A stretch of DNA of 20,262 bases from an uncultured Candidatus Saccharibacteria bacterium (GCA_964461185.1 CAYWTD010000007.1:1-20262); one strand, 5' to 3'; shown: positions 8,654-17,697, numbered from the stretch's first letter. Notes: a model not told the origin generated them from the sequence alone. Numbers and translations: made by a program.

Positions 8654-9160
8654 TCAGGGCAGAATGAGTGCCGGCTCTTCTTCGCCGAAGTGACAGAGTT
8701 TGATGTTCTCCCACACAATCACAACAGCATCGCGATATTCGATTTCCGCCAAAACCGGCACACACACGCGGTTGTTAGGACCGACAATCACGGATTTCCA
8801 TCCCGGAATTCTCATGCCGAAATAGTATCTCCGAAAGAAATCCAGCCCACGCTCAAGCATCGCATTCAGGTGCTCGATACCTAGACATTTGTCCAACATA
8901 CCGTGCGACTTGAGATGCTCATAGATGTGAATGCCCTCTACACCTTGATTTTGGTGACAATGAATATATGTCTTCAACTCTTCGGTGTTGAAAAGGGTTG
9001 CATAACGTTGCTCCAATTCTGGGTTCAGCGGAACAACAGTCCACCCCTCCGGATACAAAAGTTTAACCGGTGGCTCAATACCAACAATAACAACTGGATC
9101 AACGTAACCACCAAACTTTGGTGCCAGTTTTTTTCTCTTCATCCAGCGCCTTGTGCTCAT
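8654..9160 (-). CDS. Hypothetical protein of unknown family on a compositionally foreign insert
   Basis: 168 aa, MSTRRWMKRKKLAPKFGGYVDPVVIVGIEPP...IHCHQNQGVEGIHIYEHLKSHG... I recognise no family. The SD is perfect (AGGAGG, then 6 nt, then ATG). Hand-counted GC is roughly 50-57% in a 60-nt sample, against roughly 23-38% in neighbouring core genes. It has its own promoter and shares the terminator with thrS. Confidence 0.7.
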   Translation of the reverse strand: MSTRRWMKRKKLAPKFGGYVDPVVIVGIEPPVKLLYPEGWTVVPLNPELEQRYATLFNTEELKTYIHCHQNQGVEGIHIYEHLKSHGMLDKCLGIEHLNAMLERGLDFFRRYYFGMRIPGWKSVIVGPNNRVCVPVLAEIEYRDAVVIVWENIKLCHFGEEEPALILP

Positions 9161-9217
9161 TCTATTCCTCCTGTGTTTCTTTTATTTTTAAAACAAGAAC
9201 TATAATGTCTATAGAGA

Positions 9218-9246
9218 TTTATACATTGAAATAATATAAAAGTCAA
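9218..9246 (-). promoter_or_regulatory. Candidate sigma-70 promoter for the 168-aa gene
   Basis: The minus strand reads TTGACT (9246..9241), a 17-nt spacer, then TATAAA (9223..9218). That places the start site about 50 nt upstream of the ATG at 9160. Confidence 0.45.
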
Positions 9247-9255
9247 ATGAACAAT

Positions 9256-9885
9256 TTAATTAATTCTTTCTGCCTCGATAACCCACCTATCTTCCCTTCT
9301 ACCAAATGTATTACAAGTTGAAATTGTTAATTTTCTAACTTCACTATTAAACCTAATTAATGCCTCATTTTCGTTTACCAATTCGATCTTTGTAACTTTA
9401 TAAAAATAACTTTTATTATTAGCAACAATTTCTATAACATCGCCAAAATTTAACTTTGAAATATTATTAAAAACTTTGTAGGCGGGATTTTGAACTCCTG
9501 TAAATAAATCAGCGCTGTGACCAAAAATAAAAATATTTCCCACTTCAATTGAGCCCGATCCCGGATAATGAACAGCCCCTTTGTTCAGATAAGAATCAAG
9601 CTCGGCGACGTTAACTGTATTTGGTTGTTGAATATCAGCAGAAATTTCTAGCTTGTTAATTATAATTTGATCTGGTCGTGTATATCTCACTTCGCCATTA
9701 CTATCCAGATTATAATTAATCGGTTGTCCAATTATTACAGGTGGTTTGTTGAATAAATAGTCATACAAACTTATACTTTCTGGAGCCAAGCCTGATAAGG
9801 AAAAAACAAAAAAGAAAATTAGAAAAATAACTGAAAAAATACCGAAAAAATAAAACTTACCTGATTTGTTAATTTCTTGATTCAT
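9256..9885 (-). CDS. Sortase-family transpeptidase (membrane-anchored)
   Basis: 209 aa with an N-terminal TM helix (FYFFGIFSVIFLIFFFVF). The sortase catalytic motifs are in order: IFIFGHSADLF (His), LTISTCNTFG (TLxTC Cys) and RWVIEAERI (Arg). Confidence 0.8.
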   Translation of the reverse strand: MNQEINKSGKFYFFGIFSVIFLIFFFVFSLSGLAPESISLYDYLFNKPPVIIGQPINYNLDSNGEVRYTRPDQIIINKLEISADIQQPNTVNVAELDSYLNKGAVHYPGSGSIEVGNIFIFGHSADLFTGVQNPAYKVFNNISKLNFGDVIEIVANNKSYFYKVTKIELVNENEALIRFNSEVRKLTISTCNTFGRREDRWVIEAERIN

Positions 9886-9977
9886 AACAGTGTTTTTTCA
9901 TTATACACAATAAACTGGCTATAATGTAGTTTTTCGCTCGACAGACATCATTTTTGACGATAATATAGGCAATACTT

Positions 9978-10061
9978 GCGCAGATGGCAGAGCGGTCAAT
10001 TGCACCAGACTGTAAATCTGGCGCCCTCAGGGCTACGGGGGTTCAAATCCCTCTCTGCGCA
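9978..10061 (+). tRNA. tRNA-Tyr (anticodon GTA)
   Basis: The acceptor halves GCGCAGA/TCTGCGC pair perfectly. The anticodon stem CCAGA/TCTGG carries loop CTGTAAA, giving anticodon GUA. A long variable arm (type II) is present as expected for bacterial tRNA-Tyr, and the T-loop is GGGGG-TTCAAAT-CCCTC. The discriminator is A and there is no encoded CCA. Confidence 0.85.
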
Positions 10062-10065
10062 CAAA

Positions 10066-10098
10066 TAAAAAAACTGCACTCAAATGCAATTTTTTATT
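10066..10098. terminator. Weak A-tract/hairpin/T-tract element between tRNA-Tyr and the convergent clpB
   Basis: AAAAAAA, then TGCA-ctcaaa-TGCA (only a 4-bp stem), then ATTTTTTATT. It is weak but sits where both convergent transcripts should end. Confidence 0.3.
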
Positions 10099-10127
10099 AT
10101 TTCTGTCACTTCGTCTCTAACATGTTT

Positions 10128-12782
10128 TTAATTAAAACTTGATACTTTCTTTCCCCTCTTAACATCAAAAGAAAATTCCTTGTTTTTAATCAAAACTGTA
10201 ACACAGTCGCCTTCTCTTAAATCACTTTTTATAATTAATTGCGCAAGCGGATTCAAAATCTTATCTTGAATTAATCTGCGAAGTGGTCGTGCACCATAAT
10301 GCGGATCATAACCGTCTTTTGCTAATATTTCCAAAACTTCTGGAGTAATTTTGAAACCAATTCCCTTGTTGTACAAACGATCTTTAACTTCATCAATTTG
10401 AATTGCGGCAATTTTCTTTATCGCCTCTTCATTCAAAATATCAAAAATAACTATGTCATCTAGGCGATTCAGAAATTCTGGCCTAAAATGTTCCTTCAAA
10501 GCTTTCTGAACATTTTGCTTTGCATCAGTATATTGAGCAGAATTACTTTCACCAAATGAAAAACCGATTTTTTCCATTTTATCAATATGTTCCGAACCAA
10601 TATTTGAAGTTAAAATAATTATGCTGTTTTTGAAATTAACAACGCGTCCTTTTGTGTCAGTTAATCGTCCGTTATCCAATACTTGAAGCAAAATATTAAA
10701 AACTTCTGGATGTGCCTTTTCAATTTCATCAAATAAAATCACTGAATAAGGCCTGTGGCGAAGAGTTTCCGTCAACGTCCCAGATTCCTCATAACCAACA
10801 TAACCTGGGGGTGCACCAATCAGTTTAGAAACAGAATGTTTTTCCATATATTCGGACATGTCAACCCTGACCAAAGCCTTGTCATCATTAAACATAAATT
10901 CTGCCAACGCTTTTGTTAATTCAGTTTTACCAACCCCAGTTGGACCAAGAAAAATAAAAGAACCAATCGGTCGATTTGGGTCAGAAACGCCAGCGCGTGA
11001 ACGACGAATCGTATCTGCAATTTTTCTGACAGCTTCATTTTGCCCAATAATTCTCTTTTGTAATTCATCTTCCATTCGTGACAATTTTTCCATTTCTTGC
11101 TCAAGCATTTTTGAAACGGGAATTCCTGTCCAACGAGAAACAACCGCAGCGATGTCTTCTTCTGTAATTTCTTCTTTTAAAATTTGACGCGAGCTTTGTA
11201 ATTGACGCAGTCGTTTTTCCTGAGTTTTCAAATCTTTTTCCAATTGTGGGATTGTTCCATATCGAATTTCTGCGGCCTTTGTTAAATCAACTGCCGCCTC
11301 TGCAGACTCCGCATTCAGGCGGGCTAATTCTAATTTGGATTTAAAATCTTTAATCGCCGTAATGGCTTCTTTTTCATTTTTCCATTTCAGCTCAAGTTCT
11401 TTTATTCCCTCTTTCAAATTTGCAACATCGCGATTAATTTCTTTTAATCGATCGTTAGTTTTTTTTGATTTCTTTGATTCGCTCTTCAATGCCTCTCGTT
11501 CAATTTCCAAACGAGTAATTTTACGACGAGTAGATTCAAGTTCGGGTGGCATATTTTCAAGAGAAATTTTCAAAGTGGAAGATGCCTCATCAATCAAGTC
11601 AACCGCTTTGTCTGGTAAAAATCTGTCACTTATGTAGCGACTAGATAATTCAACCGATGCGACAATTGCCTCATCAGAAATTCGAACTCCATGATAAAGT
11701 TCGTATTTTTCTTTTAAACCACGCATAATAGAAACAGCGTCTTCGATAGAAGGCTCTGACACCAGAACCGGTTGAAATCGTCTGGTGAGCGCCGCATCTT
11801 TTTCAATATATTTTTGATACTCTTTTAAAGTTGTCGCTCCAATTGCCTTTAGTTCACCGCGTGCCAAAGCCGGCTTTAACATATTTGAAGCATCAAGAGA
11901 ACCTTCTGATGCACCAGCGCCAGCCAATGTGTGAATTTCATCAATAAACAAAATTATCTTTCCTTCTGATTGAATAACTTCTTTTATAATTTTCTTTAGA
12001 CGGTCTTCAAATTCGCCCCTATATTTTGTGCCAGCAACCAATGCTCCCAAATCAAGAGTAACTAACTCTTTGTCTTTCAGAGATTCTGGAACATCTCCTT
12101 GGGCAATGCGAATTGCCAAACCCTCAATAATTGCTGTTTTACCGACACCCGCCTCACCAATCAAAATTGGATTATTTTTTGTTCTTCTGGAAAGAATTTG
12201 GACAACACGATTTATTTCTTGATCACGTCCTATAACCGGATCAAGTTTATTTTGCGCCGCTCTTTCTGTTAAACTTTGAGTAAATTTCCTAATAGATTTT
12301 AAAGTTTTTGTTGATTGAGTGATGTCCTCTTTGCTATTTCTTAATTCGTTGAGAATTTTGCCAACTTCATTTTTATCAATTTTAAAAGTTTCTAAAACTT
12401 CTTTCGCTTCACTTTTTATATCAAAATTTGCCAAAAACAAATGTTCTGTTGAGACAAAACCGTCACCAAGGGCCTCCGCAATTCGCACGGAATGTTCAAT
12501 AATTTGCGCCAGTTCAGGTGACAAAAACATTTGAAACGAGGCGGAAAGAGTTTCTTTATTTTCTGTTGGTTCTATGGATTCTAAAATAGTTTCAGTCATT
12601 AACAGAGAATCAACTCCCATTTTGTCCAAAATAGAAACCACCATACTTTCATCTTGCATAATCAAAGCAGCCAATAAATGAATTGGCGCAACATTATTTT
12701 GACCACGCTCGATTGCTAATTCGTGAGCGTGTTTTATTGCTTCTTTAGCTTTTAATGTGAATTTGTTAAATGAAGGCATCAT
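10128..12782 (-). CDS. clpB: ATP-dependent chaperone ClpB
   Basis: 884 aa. It has a Clp N-domain and NBD1 Walker [17 protein letters not shown] long coiled-coil middle domain ([22 protein letters not shown]...) follows, then NBD2 Walker [16 protein letters not shown] and the sensor-2 region GARPLRR. Confidence 0.95.
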   Translation of the reverse strand: MMPSFNKFTLKAKEAIKHAHELAIERGQNNVAPIHLLAALIMQDESMVVSILDKMGVDSLLMTETILESIEPTENKETLSASFQMFLSPELAQIIEHSVRIAEALGDGFVSTEHLFLANFDIKSEAKEVLETFKIDKNEVGKILNELRNSKEDITQSTKTLKSIRKFTQSLTERAAQNKLDPVIGRDQEINRVVQILSRRTKNNPILIGEAGVGKTAIIEGLAIRIAQGDVPESLKDKELVTLDLGALVAGTKYRGEFEDRLKKIIKEVIQSEGKIILFIDEIHTLAGAGASEGSLDASNMLKPALARGELKAIGATTLKEYQKYIEKDAALTRRFQPVLVSEPSIEDAVSIMRGLKEKYELYHGVRISDEAIVASVELSSRYISDRFLPDKAVDLIDEASSTLKISLENMPPELESTRRKITRLEIEREALKSESKKSKKTNDRLKEINRDVANLKEGIKELELKWKNEKEAITAIKDFKSKLELARLNAESAEAAVDLTKAAEIRYGTIPQLEKDLKTQEKRLRQLQSSRQILKEEITEEDIAAVVSRWTGIPVSKMLEQEMEKLSRMEDELQKRIIGQNEAVRKIADTIRRSRAGVSDPNRPIGSFIFLGPTGVGKTELTKALAEFMFNDDKALVRVDMSEYMEKHSVSKLIGAPPGYVGYEESGTLTETLRHRPYSVILFDEIEKAHPEVFNILLQVLDNGRLTDTKGRVVNFKNSIIILTSNIGSEHIDKMEKIGFSFGESNSAQYTDAKQNVQKALKEHFRPEFLNRLDDIVIFDILNEEAIKKIAAIQIDEVKDRLYNKGIGFKITPEVLEILAKDGYDPHYGARPLRRLIQDKILNPLAQLIIKSDLREGDCVTVLIKNKEFSFDVKRGKKVSSFN

Positions 12783-12840
12783 ATGACACTATTTTTATAA
12801 TAATTTTATTTTCTTGTAAACAGAATAATTTATCTATTTT

Positions 12841-13689
12841 TTATTCAATTGTTGCAACCGTCGCTGAATTAGAGTTTAAAAATGATCTCACGCTAGAAGA
12901 AGGAACAAAAGCATCAGAATTGACAATTGTCGTACCAATCTTGATTCCAATTATTTCTCCTTTTAGATTTAGCAAAACACTGCCATCAAGCGTGTTGTTT
13001 GATGAAATAGAAGTATTTATAGACTTTATAGTTACAATCGGCTGTGAAGACGGATTATTTGGATCTACTGGTGATTCGTCTCTATCAACAGAAGTAATAA
13101 TTCCGGTTGAAACAAAATTATTTTTTTGACCCGCCAATGAAATAACAGACTGTCCCAACTTTACGCCCTGTGAATCGCCGAAAGTTGCTGGTACAAAAGT
13201 CTCTGTATTTTCACCTTCGATTTCCAAAACCGCAAATGGATTGTTGGATTCTCTAAAAGATAATTTCAAATCTTTTTCGCCGGTCGAATATACTCCAACA
13301 TAAGTGCCGCCATTAAAAAGATTCTTTGCATCAGACAAAACTTTTCCGTTTTTTGAAACAATAACGCCCATTGTAACAAAAGCTCTGTTGTTACCAGATT
13401 TACTATAAATTCTAACAATGCTATCAGAATTTTTTTGTATAGCGTCTATGGTTAAATCTTCTGCATTAACAACAACGGTTTCAACAATTCGTTCAACCGG
13501 TTTTTGTTCATCATCTTTTACCTCAATAACTCGTTCAACAGTTTTTTCAACAACACGATTTATCGTCTGTGTTATTGGTTCTGGTGCTTGTTCCAAAAGA
13601 GACACGGTTGTAATACCGGTCGCAATTGAAGTAACAAAGCTTACTAATAAAGTTAATAAAACTATTTGTTGTGCGTTTAGATCATCCAT
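12841..13689 (-). CDS. Membrane-anchored HtrA/trypsin-fold domain protein, predicted catalytically dead (pseudo-protease), no PDZ domain
   Basis: 282 aa with an N-terminal TM helix (IVLLTLLVSFVTSIATGI). The segments TMGVIVSKNGKVLSDAKNL, FAVLEIEG, VISLAGQKNNFVSTGIITSVDRD and NTLDGSVLLNLKGEIIGIK align to the HtrA blocks GSGFII..GYILTNNHVV, DLALLKI, V.AIGNP.G...TVTSGIVSAL.R and GNSGGPLVNLNGEVIGIN. All three triad positions are substituted (His to Lys, Asp to Phe, Ser to Asp). The protein contains no histidine at all. Confidence 0.7.
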   Translation of the reverse strand: MDDLNAQQIVLLTLLVSFVTSIATGITTVSLLEQAPEPITQTINRVVEKTVERVIEVKDDEQKPVERIVETVVVNAEDLTIDAIQKNSDSIVRIYSKSGNNRAFVTMGVIVSKNGKVLSDAKNLFNGGTYVGVYSTGEKDLKLSFRESNNPFAVLEIEGENTETFVPATFGDSQGVKLGQSVISLAGQKNNFVSTGIITSVDRDESPVDPNNPSSQPIVTIKSINTSISSNNTLDGSVLLNLKGEIIGIKIGTTIVNSDAFVPSSSVRSFLNSNSATVATIE

Positions 13690-13729
13690 ACGTTCAGTGA
13701 TTATAACTTATTTTATATAAAAAATAAAA

Positions 13730-14914
13730 TTAGATTTTCTTTAGACAAGCGACGACTTTTTTGATTTCATTTCTAGTTGTATTACGGCCAAAAGTGAATC
13801 TGAGTGAACTTTTCTCACAATTCTGTCGAAGCGCCTGAATAACATAAGAGCTACCGCCGCTCGACAAATTTTTACAGGCAGTTGTAGCGGCACAAGCAAT
13901 TCCCGTTTCGTCCAATTGTATAACCGCAAATTCTGAATTAATATTTGGTATGCAAATGTTAATATTGTTTGGCAAACGATTTTCTAAATCTCCATTAAGT
14001 GTGGCCTCGGGAATTGCTAAATTCAAAATCTCCAAAAAATATTTCTGCATTTTTTCTAAACGAATAAATTCTTTTTCTTTCATCTTTTGCGTAATTTCCA
14101 ATGCCTTGGCAAAACCAACGATAAGCGGCACGTTTTCTGTTCCGGGGCGCATTCCAAATTCATGTCCACCTCCGTATAAAATCGGTTGGATTGGAACATA
14201 ACTTTTTATTATCAAACAACCAATCCCCTTTGGTCCGTAAATTTTTGAACCATCTAAAGTCATTAGATCAGCATTTAATCTATCAATATTGATATCCAGA
14301 TAATTTGCAGCCTGACTGGCATCAGTGTGTAAATAAGGATAATCAGTTTTTATTCTATTTTCACTTTTTTTATACTTATCCAAAACAACTCCAATTTGTC
14401 TGATTGGTAAAATCGTTCCGATTTCATTGTTCGCAAACATAATAGAAACCAAAATTGTTTCAGGTCTCAAAACATTCTCAACGTCGGAATCTTTTACAAG
14501 TCCTTTTTCATCAACCGATAAATAGGTGACCTCAAAGCCTTCTTTTTCTAATTGTCTAAAAGATTCCAAAACTGCCACATGTTCAATATTTGTTGTAATA
14601 ATATGTGGTTTGAAATTTATGTTTTCTTTTTTAATATTTTTAAAAATTTCTCGTGCTACGCCGACAATTCCCAAATTATCACTTTCTGTACCACTGCCAG
14701 TGAAAATAATTTCTGTTGGTTTCGATTGAACTATTTTAGAAATCTTTTTTCTAGCCTCGTCAATAACATTTCTGGCAGAAATTCCCTCTTTATAAAGTGC
14801 AGACGCATTATGAAAATTCTTGCTAAAAAAAGGTAGCATTTCTTTTACCACACGCTTGTCGGTCGGTGTGGTCGAAGCGTAATCTATAAATATTCTTTGG
14901 TTTTTTTGGAACAT
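13730..14914 (-). CDS. Cysteine desulfurase (NifS/IscS-family class V aminotransferase)
   Basis: 394 aa. It has the N-terminal IFIDYASTTP and a PLP-lysine region LDGSKIYGPKGIGCLIIK (compare SGHKIYGPKG). The C-terminal region GIACAATTACKN carries a candidate catalytic Cys. Confidence 0.9.
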   Translation of the reverse strand: MFQKNQRIFIDYASTTPTDKRVVKEMLPFFSKNFHNASALYKEGISARNVIDEARKKISKIVQSKPTEIIFTGSGTESDNLGIVGVAREIFKNIKKENINFKPHIITTNIEHVAVLESFRQLEKEGFEVTYLSVDEKGLVKDSDVENVLRPETILVSIMFANNEIGTILPIRQIGVVLDKYKKSENRIKTDYPYLHTDASQAANYLDINIDRLNADLMTLDGSKIYGPKGIGCLIIKSYVPIQPILYGGGHEFGMRPGTENVPLIVGFAKALEITQKMKEKEFIRLEKMQKYFLEILNLAIPEATLNGDLENRLPNNINICIPNINSEFAVIQLDETGIACAATTACKNLSSGGSSYVIQALRQNCEKSSLRFTFGRNTTRNEIKKVVACLKKI

Positions 14915-14936
14915 AGTTATATAATGTTAAATTACA

Positions 14937-15419
14937 ATGATGGCGTTTTTCAACTTGGAAATAATTATATACATAATTTTAGGATTATCTCTAATCTGTT
15001 TAGCTTTAATAATCTGGAATATTAGACTGGAAATAAAAAATCGACGCCTGCTTCGTGGAAAAAATGCGCGCTCATTAGAAGACACTTTCGTTAATATCCA
15101 GCGTGATTTAGATAAATTTGAAGTCTTCAAAAAGGAAATTGAGGCTTATTTAATCAATATTGAGGGACGATTAAGTACAAGCGTCAGGGGCGTTCATAAT
15201 ATTTCTTTTAATGCTTTCCAGGGACTTGAATCTGGTGGCAAAAGTTTCGCAACAGCTTTTTTAAATGAGAAAGGAAACGGGATTATTATTTCAAGTTTAC
15301 AGGCGCGTGAGAGAATTAGTCTTTTTGCAAAACATATAAAAAACTTTAAATCAGAAGTGGAATTGTCAGATGAAGAAAAAGAAGCTTTGACAAAAGCCAA
15401 AGAATCATGCAGTGTGTAG
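14937..15419 (+). CDS. DUF4446-family membrane protein
   Basis: 160 aa with an N-terminal TM helix. The motifs RGKNARSLED...VHNISFNAFQGLESGGKSFATAFLNEKGNGIIISSLQARERISLFAKHI...LSDEEKEAL match the conserved DUF4446 blocks as I recall them. The gene is divergent from the cysteine desulfurase with only a 22-bp gap. Confidence 0.65.
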   Translation: MMAFFNLEIIIYIILGLSLICLALIIWNIRLEIKNRRLLRGKNARSLEDTFVNIQRDLDKFEVFKKEIEAYLINIEGRLSTSVRGVHNISFNAFQGLESGGKSFATAFLNEKGNGIIISSLQARERISLFAKHIKNFKSEVELSDEEKEALTKAKESCSV

Positions 15420-15449
15420 TAGATTATAAATCTAAATATAAAATAAGCC

Positions 15450-16964
15450 ATGGAAACCAAATCAGAAAAAAACTTGATAGAAAGACCGCCGGTTGTAGTT
15501 ATCATGGGACATATCGACCATGGAAAATCTTCCCTTTTGGATTTCATTAGAGAATCAAATATCGTCGGAAAAGAAGCTGGTGGAATTACTCAGCATCTTG
15601 GCGCTTATGAAATTGAACATAAAAATTCTGATGGGGTAACAAAAAAAATTACTTTTTTAGACACTCCTGGACACGCGGCTTTCATTGGAGTTCGTAGTCG
15701 TGGCGCGAAAGTTGCCGATATTGCTGTTTTAATTATTTCAGCCGAAGATGGTGTGATGCCTCAAACCTTGGAGGCTTTAAATTGTATAAAAACTGATAAT
15801 GTTCCATTCATAGTTGCAATTAATAAAATTGATTCTCCAAAAGCAAATGTTGATAAAGTAAAAAGCGACCTGATCGAAAACGGAATTTATATCGAAGGTT
15901 ATGGAGGAGATATTCCTGTTGTAGAAATTTCTGCAAAAACTGGTGAAAATGTAAATTATCTTTTAGATTTAATTTTAGTTGCATCTGAAGTGGCTGGATT
16001 AAAAGCAGATCCAACAGCAAACGCTGAGGGTTTTGTGATTGAGGCTCATAAAGATAAAAACCGAGGCATATCTGCGACTTTGATCATAAAAGATGGAACC
16101 TTAAATCAGGGGCAATTTGTGGCTTGCGTCAACAATCTTTCTCCAATTAGAATTTTTGAAGATCACAACAATAAACCAATAAAGACTGCTACATTTTCAA
16201 AACCTGTAAAAGTCAGTGGGTGGAGCAACTTCCCTGTTGTTGGTGAAATGTTTAAAACTTTTGATAGTAAAAAAGAGGCAGAAGCCTATTGCGAAGAAAT
16301 CACACAAAATTCAGCTGGAAATAAAAATTGCTATTCATCGAATAAAACAGATCAAAGTATTTTTACAATTCCGATTGTTATCAAAGCTGACACACACGGT
16401 TCAATCGAGGCGATTGAATTTGAATTGAAAAAAATGTTAACAAACAATTCTCAGATTGAAATTGTTTCTACTGGAACAGGAAATATCACTGAAAAAGATG
16501 TGAAAATGGCGAGCGGTAATGAAAATTCAATAGTCCTTGGCTTTGGTATTGATATGGACATTCAGGCCGAAACGATGAGTCGCCGTTTGAATATTTCAGT
16601 AAAGACTTTCAAAATAATTTACGATCTTGTTGACTGGCTTGAAAAAGAAATTGAAAACAAAAGACCAAGAATAGAAGTAGACGAAACAATTGGAAAAGCA
16701 AAGGTTCTCAAAAAATTTAACGAGGAAAAACATAACCAAGTTTTGGGCGGAAAAGTTCTAGAGGGTCGTATTAAAATTAGTGGCGATGTAAAAATTCTAC
16801 GTCGTGGAGAAGAAATAGGACGAGCAAAAATAAAGGAACTTCAGTGCCAAAAAGCCAAAGTTTTGGAAGTTGCAGAGGGTTCTGAATTCGGTTTTTGTGT
16901 TGAATCAAGAGTTGAAATTGTGCCAGGTGATGAAATAGAAATTTTTGAAAAAATAAATAAATAA
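15450..16964 (+). CDS. infB: Translation initiation factor IF-2, compact form (G-domain begins at residue ~12)
   Basis: 504 aa. RPPVVVIMGHIDHGKSSLLDFIRESNIVGKEAGGITQHLGAYEI is the IF-2 G-domain (G1 motif GHIDHGKS, G3 DTPGH, G4 NKID). Domain II and the C1/C2 domains follow, and the gene sits immediately before rbfA as in canonical infB-rbfA operons. There are no N-terminal domains. Confidence 0.9.
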   Translation: METKSEKNLIERPPVVVIMGHIDHGKSSLLDFIRESNIVGKEAGGITQHLGAYEIEHKNSDGVTKKITFLDTPGHAAFIGVRSRGAKVADIAVLIISAEDGVMPQTLEALNCIKTDNVPFIVAINKIDSPKANVDKVKSDLIENGIYIEGYGGDIPVVEISAKTGENVNYLLDLILVASEVAGLKADPTANAEGFVIEAHKDKNRGISATLIIKDGTLNQGQFVACVNNLSPIRIFEDHNNKPIKTATFSKPVKVSGWSNFPVVGEMFKTFDSKKEAEAYCEEITQNSAGNKNCYSSNKTDQSIFTIPIVIKADTHGSIEAIEFELKKMLTNNSQIEIVSTGTGNITEKDVKMASGNENSIVLGFGIDMDIQAETMSRRLNISVKTFKIIYDLVDWLEKEIENKRPRIEVDETIGKAKVLKKFNEEKHNQVLGGKVLEGRIKISGDVKILRRGEEIGRAKIKELQCQKAKVLEVAEGSEFGFCVESRVEIVPGDEIEIFEKINK

Positions 16965-16968
16965 AATA

Positions 16969-17301
16969 ATGACAGAACATCCTCACAGAAAAGAAAAAAT
17001 TTTGGGTGTTGTTAGCAGAGCCGCATCTGAATTTATTGAAAGAGAATCTAACGGAAAATCCCTGATTACAGTTACCAATGTTGATCTCTCAACAGACTTT
17101 CAAAAAGCCGTAATTTTTGTTACAGTTTTCCCAGACCAAGAAGAAAAAAAGGCCGTTGATTTCTTGAAAAGAAACTTAAATGAATTCCGTGAATTCATAA
17201 AAAGTCACACTCGCCTTCAACATATTCCTTGGTTTGATTTTGAAATAGATCGAGGCGAAAAAAAACGTCAAAGAATTGACGAGATTTCTCGAGAAATTTA
17301 A
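16969..17301 (+). CDS. rbfA: Ribosome-binding factor A
   Basis: 110 aa. RKEKILGVVSRAASEFIERESNGKSLITVTNVDLSTDFQKAVIFVT...HIPWFDFEIDRGEK matches the RbfA KH-like domain pattern (..DPR....iTVt.V.vS.DL..A.Vy... P.L.F..D). It starts 5 bp after infB. Confidence 0.85.
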   Translation: MTEHPHRKEKILGVVSRAASEFIERESNGKSLITVTNVDLSTDFQKAVIFVTVFPDQEEKKAVDFLKRNLNEFREFIKSHTRLQHIPWFDFEIDRGEKKRQRIDEISREI

Positions 17302-17324
17302 AATGGCGTGGTGGCGAAGTGGAA

Positions 17325-17396
17325 ACGCTGCGGTCTGCAAAACCGCCATGCGCGGGTTCGATTCCCGCCCACGCCTCAATAATGTTTGAGCTCTCA
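17325..17396 (+). tRNA. tRNA-Cys (anticodon GCA)
   Basis: 72 nt. The acceptor GGCGTGG/CCACGCC pairs perfectly. The anticodon arm GCGGT-CTGCAAA-ACCGC gives GCA. The T-arm is GCGGG-TTCGATT-CCCGC, and the discriminator is U, as is typical for Cys. There is no encoded CCA. Confidence 0.85.
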
Positions 17397-17448
17397 TGCG
17401 GGGGTTCGAATGTTAGAAAATAGAATAAGCCCGGGTGGCGGAATTGGT

Positions 17449-17530
17449 ATACGCGCACGACTTAAAATCGTGTCTCAAACGGGATGCGGGTTCGACTCCC
17501 GCCCCGGGCACAATAGAAATATTCGCGATA
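17449..17530 (+). tRNA. tRNA-Leu (anticodon TAA)
   Basis: 82 nt. The acceptor GCCCGGG/CCCGGGC pairs perfectly. The anticodon arm CACGA-CTTAAAA-TCGTG gives UAA. A long variable arm (type II) and the T-arm GCGGG-TTCGACT-CCCGC are present, and the discriminator is A. Confidence 0.85.
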
Positions 17531-17542
17531 CGCGATTTATTT

Positions 17543-17567
17543 TTATTAAATCCGCCCATAGCTCAGC
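17543..17567 (+). other. Inter-tRNA hairpin plus T-run (processing or terminator-like element) between tRNA-Leu(TAA) and tRNA-Lys
   Basis: TCGCG-ata-CGCGA (5-bp stem, 3-nt loop) is followed by TTTATTTTTATT. Confidence 0.3.
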
Positions 17568-17571
17568 TGGT

Positions 17572-17644
17572 AGAGCAGTCGCCTCTTAAGCGATTGGTCG
17601 TAGGTTCAAGTCCTACTGGGCGGACACGAAAATAGTATTTTTAT
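17572..17644 (+). tRNA. tRNA-Lys (anticodon CTT)
   Basis: 73 nt. The acceptor CCGCCCA/TGGGCGG pairs perfectly, which gives an unusual C1:G72. The D-arm is GCTCAGCTGGTAGAGC. The anticodon arm GTCGC-CTCTTAA-GCGAT gives CUU. The T-arm is GTAGG-TTCAAGT-CCTAC, and the discriminator is A. Confidence 0.8.
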
Positions 17645-17646
17645 TT

Positions 17647-17669
17647 TCGAGGGTTGTATTTGAGATTTT
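17647..17669 (+). other. Inter-tRNA AT-rich hairpin between tRNA-Lys and tRNA-Leu(TAG)
   Basis: CGAAAATA-gtatttt-TATTTTCG is a perfect 8-bp inverted repeat with a 7-nt loop, starting 3 nt after the tRNA-Lys discriminator. Confidence 0.3.
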
Positions 17670-17697
17670 ATCTGTGTAAGATATATATTCAGTTTAT

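Noticed and set aside
8642-9205. Plus-strand ORFs 8642..8884 and 8903..9205 on the GC-rich insert
   Set aside because: They are antisense to the 168-aa gene, which has a perfect SD and promoter. They have no SD of their own, and the first starts inside the shared terminator.
10858-13129. ORFs embedded in or antisense to clpB and the HtrA-like gene
   Set aside because: They are embedded in confidently identified genes. Their products are low-complexity.
13418-16986. Assorted 62-117-aa ORFs overlapping the HtrA-like gene, the cysteine desulfurase, DUF4446 and infB, on both strands
   Set aside because: They are shadows of the annotated genes. None has an SD, a promoter or a recognisable motif.
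17400-17448. tRNA-like fragment with T-loop-like GGGGGTTCGAATG between tRNA-Cys and tRNA-Leu
   Set aside because: There is no complementary T-stem 3' half, no acceptor or anticodon arm. It is probably a chance motif, or at most a decayed tRNA remnant. It is not reportable as a gene.
17176-17635. ORFs 17176..17397, 17195..17458, 17386..17589 and 17435..17635
   Set aside because: They overlap rbfA or run straight through the tRNA-Cys/Leu/Lys genes. They are translation artefacts of structured RNA genes.
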